A stretch of DNA of 63,964 bases, counting the filler, from Candidatus Rokuibacteriota bacterium (GTDB taxonomy: Bacteria; JAUVQV01; DATDCY01), in the NCBI GenBank assembly GCA_031406795.1. It is 8 parts of 8 records of this genome, joined end to end, with 100 filler letters (N's around TTAATTAATTAA, not from the genome) between each part and the next. Parts side by side here need not be neighbours in the genome. Positions count along the whole stretch, not along the records: positions 55,023 to 63,964 come from JANOHV010000275.1; 7 more parts are not named here. One strand, given 5' to 3'. The translations under genes were made by a program, and so were the position numbers. This document shows, in pieces, positions 59,412-63,964 of this stretch; positions within the stretch are counted from its first letter, which is position 1, and each line of letters opens with the position of its first letter. The notes beneath the pieces are model-generated. The model searched no databases, was not told where the DNA came from, and was given only the letters and a program-made list of their open reading frames with translations.

Positions 59412-59536
59412 GCAGGCCGCTCAAAAGGGTCCAGATGCCAGGCGGGCGAGCCCTGAGGAATGAGGTGGCCTGGTGGCCGCCGCAGTGACGAAGGGCGAAG
59501 CCCAACGCCGCAGGTGGGCCCTTTTCAGCGGCCTGC
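59412..59536. mobile_element. MITE family B copy (supplies the uvrC stop)
   Basis: GCAGGCCGCTCAAAAGGG/CCCTTTTCAGCGGCCTGC inverted ends. Confidence 0.8.
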
Positions 59537-61357
59537 GGGGTCTTCGGGGTGGAGCGCGGCGTGGACCGCGGCGGCCACGCCCGCCGGCACGACCCGTTCG
59601 AGATCCGACCGGGTGGCGGTTTTCACGCCGGACAACCCCCCGAACGCAACGAGCAGGCGGGACTGACGAGCCGCGCCGAGCCCCGGTATCCCGCTCAGCG
59701 GCCCGGCAAGCAGGCGCTTCGAGCGCAGCGCGCGGTGGTACGCCACCGCGAACCGGTGGGCCTCGTCGCGCACGCGCTGCAACAGCAGCAGCACCGGGGC
59801 GCCGCTCGGCAGCGACAGCGGCGTTCCGGCCCCGACGGCGAAGACCGCATCAGTGCCCCGTCGCTCGTTCGGCTTGGCGATGGCCAACAGCAGCCGCGGC
59901 TGCCAGGGCGAATCGACCAGAGCCGCCGCTGCGGCGGAGAGTTGCCCGCGCCCCCCGTCGAGCAGCACGACGTCCGGTCCCGTCCATGACCCCGACGCCA
60001 CCCGCGCGGCCAGCCGTCCCACGGCTTCGGCGAGCATGGCGAAATCGTCGGGTCCCCCGCTGCGGCGGATCTTGAAGCGGCGGTAGCGCTGCCGCCGCAG
60101 CGCGCCGCTCTCCCACCAGACCAGCGAGACCACCGCGTCGGTCCCCGACAGATTCGACGCGTCGAGACAGGCCAGTGACCGCAACCCCGCGCCGGCGCCG
60201 GCGATCCGTCCCAGCTCTTCGAGCAGGGCGTCGCCGCCGGAGGCTCCGGCCTTCTCCTCCTGCAGCAGGCGCATCGCATTGCGCCCGGCCATCGCCAGCA
60301 GCGCCTTCTTCCCCCCCGCCCGCGGCACGGTGAACCGCACCTTCGCCCCGCGCACCTGGCCGAGCCACGCGCCCAAGGCCAACGCCCCCTGCGGCTCGGT
60401 CGGCAGGACGACTTCGGGGGGGATCTCCCGCTCGCCGGCGTAGCACTCCCGCAGGAACCCGGCCAGCGCCGCATCGGCCTCCTCGCCTTCGAGCGGATCC
60501 CGGAACGAGAAAGCCTCGGTGCCGATGAGTCGGCCCGCGCGCACGCGCAACAGCGCGATGCCCACCCGCTCGCCGAGGCGGACCAGCCCGACGACGTCCA
60601 GATCGTCGCCCTCCGGGTCGTGCACCCGCTGCCGCTCGAGCGTCGCGTCGATCGCGGCAACCTGGTCGCGCAGCAGCGCGGCGTCCTCGAAACGCAGCTC
60701 CTGCGAAGCGCAGGCCATCTCGTTCTTCAGACCCGCGGCCAGTTCGCCGCCGCGCCCCTGCAGGAAGAGCTCCACCGCGCGCACGAGTTCGCGATACCGC
60801 TCGGGGACGATCCTGCCGGCGCACGGCGCGTGGCAGCGCCCCATCTGGAAGTTCAGACAGGGCCGGCCGGGCCGCAGGCGGCGGCAGAGCCGCAGCGGAA
60901 AGAGCCGGCGCAGGAGCCGCAGCGTGGTGCGCATCGCCCCGGCGGTACTGTAGGGGCCGAAATACCGCGCACCGTCGCGCACCGGCCGGCGCACGACGGT
61001 CAGGCTCGGAAACTCCTCCTGTACCGAGAGCCGGAGAAAGGGGTAGGTCTTGTCGTCACGTTGGCGGATGTTGAAGCGCGGCCGGTGCTGCTTGATCAGC
61101 GAGTCCTCCAGGATCAGGGCCTCGACCTCGGTGTCGGTTTCGAACCATTCGACGCCGGCCGCCTGCGACATGAGCAGCACGGTCTTGGGGCCCTGACGCG
61201 CGGGGTCGAGGTAGGACCGGAGGCGGGCTCGAAGCGAGCCGGCCTTGCCGACGTAAATCACGGTCCCGTCGGCGCCGCGCATCAGGTAGACCCCGGGGAC
61301 GGGCGGAGCCGCCCGCAGACGCTCGTCGACCGCAGGTTCAGGCCCGGTTGCCGCCAC
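59525..61357 (-). CDS. uvrC: Excinuclease ABC subunit C
   Basis: PGVY...IYVGKA GIY-YIG, DDKTYP, UVR domain, [14 protein letters not shown], HhH. Confidence 0.95.
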   Translation of the reverse strand: MAATGPEPAVDERLRAAPPVPGVYLMRGADGTVIYVGKAGSLRARLRSYLDPARQGPKTVLLMSQAAGVEWFETDTEVEALILEDSLIKQHRPRFNIRQRDDKTYPFLRLSVQEEFPSLTVVRRPVRDGARYFGPYSTAGAMRTTLRLLRRLFPLRLCRRLRPGRPCLNFQMGRCHAPCAGRIVPERYRELVRAVELFLQGRGGELAAGLKNEMACASQELRFEDAALLRDQVAAIDATLERQRVHDPEGDDLDVVGLVRLGERVGIALLRVRAGRLIGTEAFSFRDPLEGEEADAALAGFLRECYAGEREIPPEVVLPTEPQGALALGAWLGQVRGAKVRFTVPRAGGKKALLAMAGRNAMRLLQEEKAGASGGDALLEELGRIAGAGAGLRSLACLDASNLSGTDAVVSLVWWESGALRRQRYRRFKIRRSGGPDDFAMLAEAVGRLAARVASGSWTGPDVVLLDGGRGQLSAAAAALVDSPWQPRLLLAIAKPNERRGTDAVFAVGAGTPLSLPSGAPVLLLLQRVRDEAHRFAVAYHRALRSKRLLAGPLSGIPGLGAARQSRLLVAFGGLSGVKTATRSDLERVVPAGVAAAVHAALHPEDPAGR

Positions 61358-63422
61358 GCCGCTTTCCGCCCCGCGGGACGCCGGCCCGCGCGGACGCGGC
61401 CGGCGCGGCGGCTGCCGTGCCGCCGCCGACCCCGACCGCGAGCTCGAGTTCTTTCAGGCCCCGGACCCGATCGCGCAGCGCCGCGGCGCGCTCGAAATCC
61501 AGCCGCGCCGCGGCCGCGCGCATCTCCCGCTCGAGTTCGCGCACGACACGCTCGACATCATCCAGGCTGCGATAGGCGTCGACCGCCTCGGCGGCCAGCG
61601 GAACCGTGTCGTACTCGCGCTCGTAGATCGCGGCCAGCACGTCGGAAACGCCCTTGCGGATGCCCTCGGGGGTGATCCCCTCGCGTCGGTTGTACTCCTG
61701 CTGGATCGCGCGCCGCCGCGCCATCTCCGCGATCGCGCGCTTGATCGACCGGGTGATCGTGTCGGCGTAGAGGATCACGCGACCCTCCAGGTTGCGCGCC
61801 GCGCGCCCGGCGGTCTGGATCAGCGAGGTCTCCGAGCGCAGGAAGCCTTCCTTGTCCGCGTCGAGTATCGCGACGAGCGAGACCTCGGGCAGATCGAGCC
61901 CCTCGCGCAACAGGTTGATGCCGATCAGCGCGTCGAAGCTGCCGAGCCGCAGGTCGCGCAGCAGGCGCAGACGCTCGAGCGTCTCGACGTCCGAGTGCAG
62001 GTAACGCACGCGCAGCCCGCGCTCGGCGTAGTGCTCGGTGAGATCCTCGGCCATGCGTTTGGTGAGCGCGGTGACCAGCACCCGTTCGCCCTTCGCGGCC
62101 CGGACCCGGATTTCGTCGATCAGGTCCTCGACCTGGCCGGCCACCGGGCGGATCTCGACGGCGGGCTCCATGAGCCCCGTCGGCCGGACGATCTGCTCCG
62201 TGACGAATCCGGCCGCCTTCTCCAGCTCGTAGGGCGCCGGCGTCGCCGAGATGTAGATGCTCTGCCCGACCCGCTGTTCGAACTCCTCGAAGCTCAGCGG
62301 CCGGTTGTCGTAGGCCGAAGGGAGGCGAAAACCGTGCTCCACGAGATTCGTCTTGCGCGAGCGGTCCCCGTGCGCCATGGCCCGCACCTGCGGGAGGGTC
62401 GCGTGGCTCTCGTCGACCACGAGCAGGAAGTCCCGCGGAAAGTAGTCGAGGAGCGTCGGCGGCGGCGCTCCGGGCGCGCGGCCGGTGAAATGCCGCGAGT
62501 AGTTCTCGATCCCGGAGCAGAAACCGATCTCGCGGATCATCTCCAGGTCGAAGCGCGTGCGCTGCTCGAGGCGCTGGGCCTCGAGCAGCTTCTCCTCGCG
62601 CCGCAGCCGGGCCAGCCGCTCCGCCAGCTCGGCCTCGATCGCGGTCAGCGAGCGGTCGATCTCCTCCTGGGGGACGACATAGTGGCTGCCGGGCCAGACC
62701 GTCACGGACTCCAGCGCGCCGGTGACCGCGCCGGTCAGCGGGTCGATGCGCGTGATGCGCTCGATCTGGTCGCCGAAGAACTCGACGCGCAGCGCCGCGT
62801 CCCCCTCGTAGGCCGGGAAGATCTCGACGACGTCGCCGCGCACGCGGAACGTGCCGCGGTGGAAGTCCAGGTCGTTGCGCTGGTACTGGATGTCGACCAG
62901 CTCGCGCAGCAGCCGCCGCAGCCCGTGCTCCTCCCCGACCGCGAGCGGCACGCGCAGCCGCGCGTAGTACTCCGGCGCGCCGAGGCCGTAGATGCACGAG
63001 ACGCTGGCCACGATGAGCACGTCGCGCCGCTCCAGCAGCGAGCGGGTGGCGCTGTGGCGCAGCTTGTCGATGTCGTCGTTGATCGCGGAGTCCTTCTCGA
63101 TGAAGGTGTCGGTCTGGGGAAGATAGGCCTCGGGCTGGTAGTAATCGTAGTAGGAGACGAAGTACTCCACGGCGTTGTCGGGGAAGAAGCCCTTGAACTC
63201 GTTGAAGAGCTGGGCCGCGAGGGTCTTGTTGTGCGAGATGATCAGCGTCGGCAGCTGCAGGCGCTCGACGACGTTGGCGATGGTGAACGTCTTGCCGGAC
63301 CCGGTGACGCCGAGCAGCACCTGCGCCGGGCGTCCCCGCCGGATCCCGTCGACGAGATACGTGATGCAGCGCCCCTGATCCCCCTGCGGGCTGAAGGGAG
63401 CGACGAGACGGAAAGGGGGCAC
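61338..63422 (-). CDS. uvrB: Excinuclease ABC subunit B
   Basis: [38 protein letters not shown]-terminal UVR. Confidence 0.98.
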   Translation of the reverse strand: MPPFRLVAPFSPQGDQGRCITYLVDGIRRGRPAQVLLGVTGSGKTFTIANVVERLQLPTLIISHNKTLAAQLFNEFKGFFPDNAVEYFVSYYDYYQPEAYLPQTDTFIEKDSAINDDIDKLRHSATRSLLERRDVLIVASVSCIYGLGAPEYYARLRVPLAVGEEHGLRRLLRELVDIQYQRNDLDFHRGTFRVRGDVVEIFPAYEGDAALRVEFFGDQIERITRIDPLTGAVTGALESVTVWPGSHYVVPQEEIDRSLTAIEAELAERLARLRREEKLLEAQRLEQRTRFDLEMIREIGFCSGIENYSRHFTGRAPGAPPPTLLDYFPRDFLLVVDESHATLPQVRAMAHGDRSRKTNLVEHGFRLPSAYDNRPLSFEEFEQRVGQSIYISATPAPYELEKAAGFVTEQIVRPTGLMEPAVEIRPVAGQVEDLIDEIRVRAAKGERVLVTALTKRMAEDLTEHYAERGLRVRYLHSDVETLERLRLLRDLRLGSFDALIGINLLREGLDLPEVSLVAILDADKEGFLRSETSLIQTAGRAARNLEGRVILYADTITRSIKRAIAEMARRRAIQQEYNRREGITPEGIRKGVSDVLAAIYEREYDTVPLAAEAVDAYRSLDDVERVVRELEREMRAAAARLDFERAAALRDRVRGLKELELAVGVGGGTAAAAPAASARAGVPRGGKRRGGNRA

Positions 63423-63429
63423 GAAACCG

Positions 63430-63738
63430 CTACTTGCCGCGCACCCGGGACCGGAAGTCCTCGTAGGAACCCTGCCAGCCGTCGTCGCCGGCGCCCTCGA
63501 TCACCAGGACCCTTCCCGGCACGAGACGATGGGGGCTGGCGAGCGCCTTCCGGTTCGTCTTCCAGATGCTCTTCCACTGGCGCGGATCACCGTGGTAATA
63601 GCCGGCGATCAGATGCAGATTGTCCCCGGACCGGATGGTGTGCTCAACGGTCCGGTCCGCACTGCGGGCCAGCGCGGGAGCGAGGCACAGGAGGCCTCCC
63701 GCGGCCAAGGCTACAGCGAACGTCGACGATCGTTTCAT
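63430..63738 (-). CDS. Exported LysM peptidoglycan-binding protein
   Basis: Signal peptide, [14 protein letters not shown]...W..I...N; GAGGAGG RBS. Confidence 0.85.
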   Translation of the reverse strand: MKRSSTFAVALAAGGLLCLAPALARSADRTVEHTIRSGDNLHLIAGYYHGDPRQWKSIWKTNRKALASPHRLVPGRVLVIEGAGDDGWQGSYEDFRSRVRGK

Positions 63739-63809
63739 TCCGTCGCCCTCCTCGACGGCCATCTTCCGACGAAGCCCGGGAATTGTCAATGCGCCCGCAC
63801 AGCCCGCGA

Positions 63810-63964
63810 TAATCCTTCAGTGAAGGGGAGCAAAATCAGTACCGTTCGCCTTGAGCCTGTCGAAGGGCGCTTGTGGATAGGGCAAATTTCCGTTCATGGT
63901 TCGACCGTTCGTCAAGCTCACGGCTCACCACGAACGGAAAGAGTTTCCGCGCTTCACTGAAGGA
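63810..63964. mobile_element. MITE family A, copy 3 (runs to the window end)
   Basis: TAATCCTTCAGTGAA...TTCACTGAAGGA; internal sequence homologous to the copies at 13149 and 26236. Confidence 0.85.

Overview
GC-rich bacterial draft (probably MAG) sequence made of eight contigs joined by seven artificial 100-bp N/TTAATTAATTAA linkers (1970-2069, 4128-4227, 6640-6739, 11373-11472, 33359-33458, 41987-42086, 54923-55022), so gene adjacency across linkers is meaningless. Core genes include roadblock-aroQ-pepP-accB-accC-thiE, folC-lptD, dprA-smg-topA, uvrB-uvrC and the 5' ~1 kb of a 16S rRNA gene with tandem promoters and boxA. Accessory content includes a sigma-54 type IV pilin locus with two paralogous pilins and an O-antigen-ligase-family protein, a PilT-family ATPase operon, DUF4388 proteins, an IorAB-type molybdoenzyme, MvhD, a type III restriction-like subunit, surface-glycan genes and many two-component proteins, two of them pseudokinases. 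The most notable observations are an orphan PhnD-type binding lipoprotein next to a histidine kinase with a periplasmic CXXCH heme-c motif, an aromatic-rich major pilin whose terminator and T9 tract lie inside the second pilin's leader, a 21-bp-arm palindrome inserted in frame in thiE, and at least five families of short MITE/REP-like repeats, several of which overlap gene ends. All calls come from reading motifs by eye; no database searches were run.
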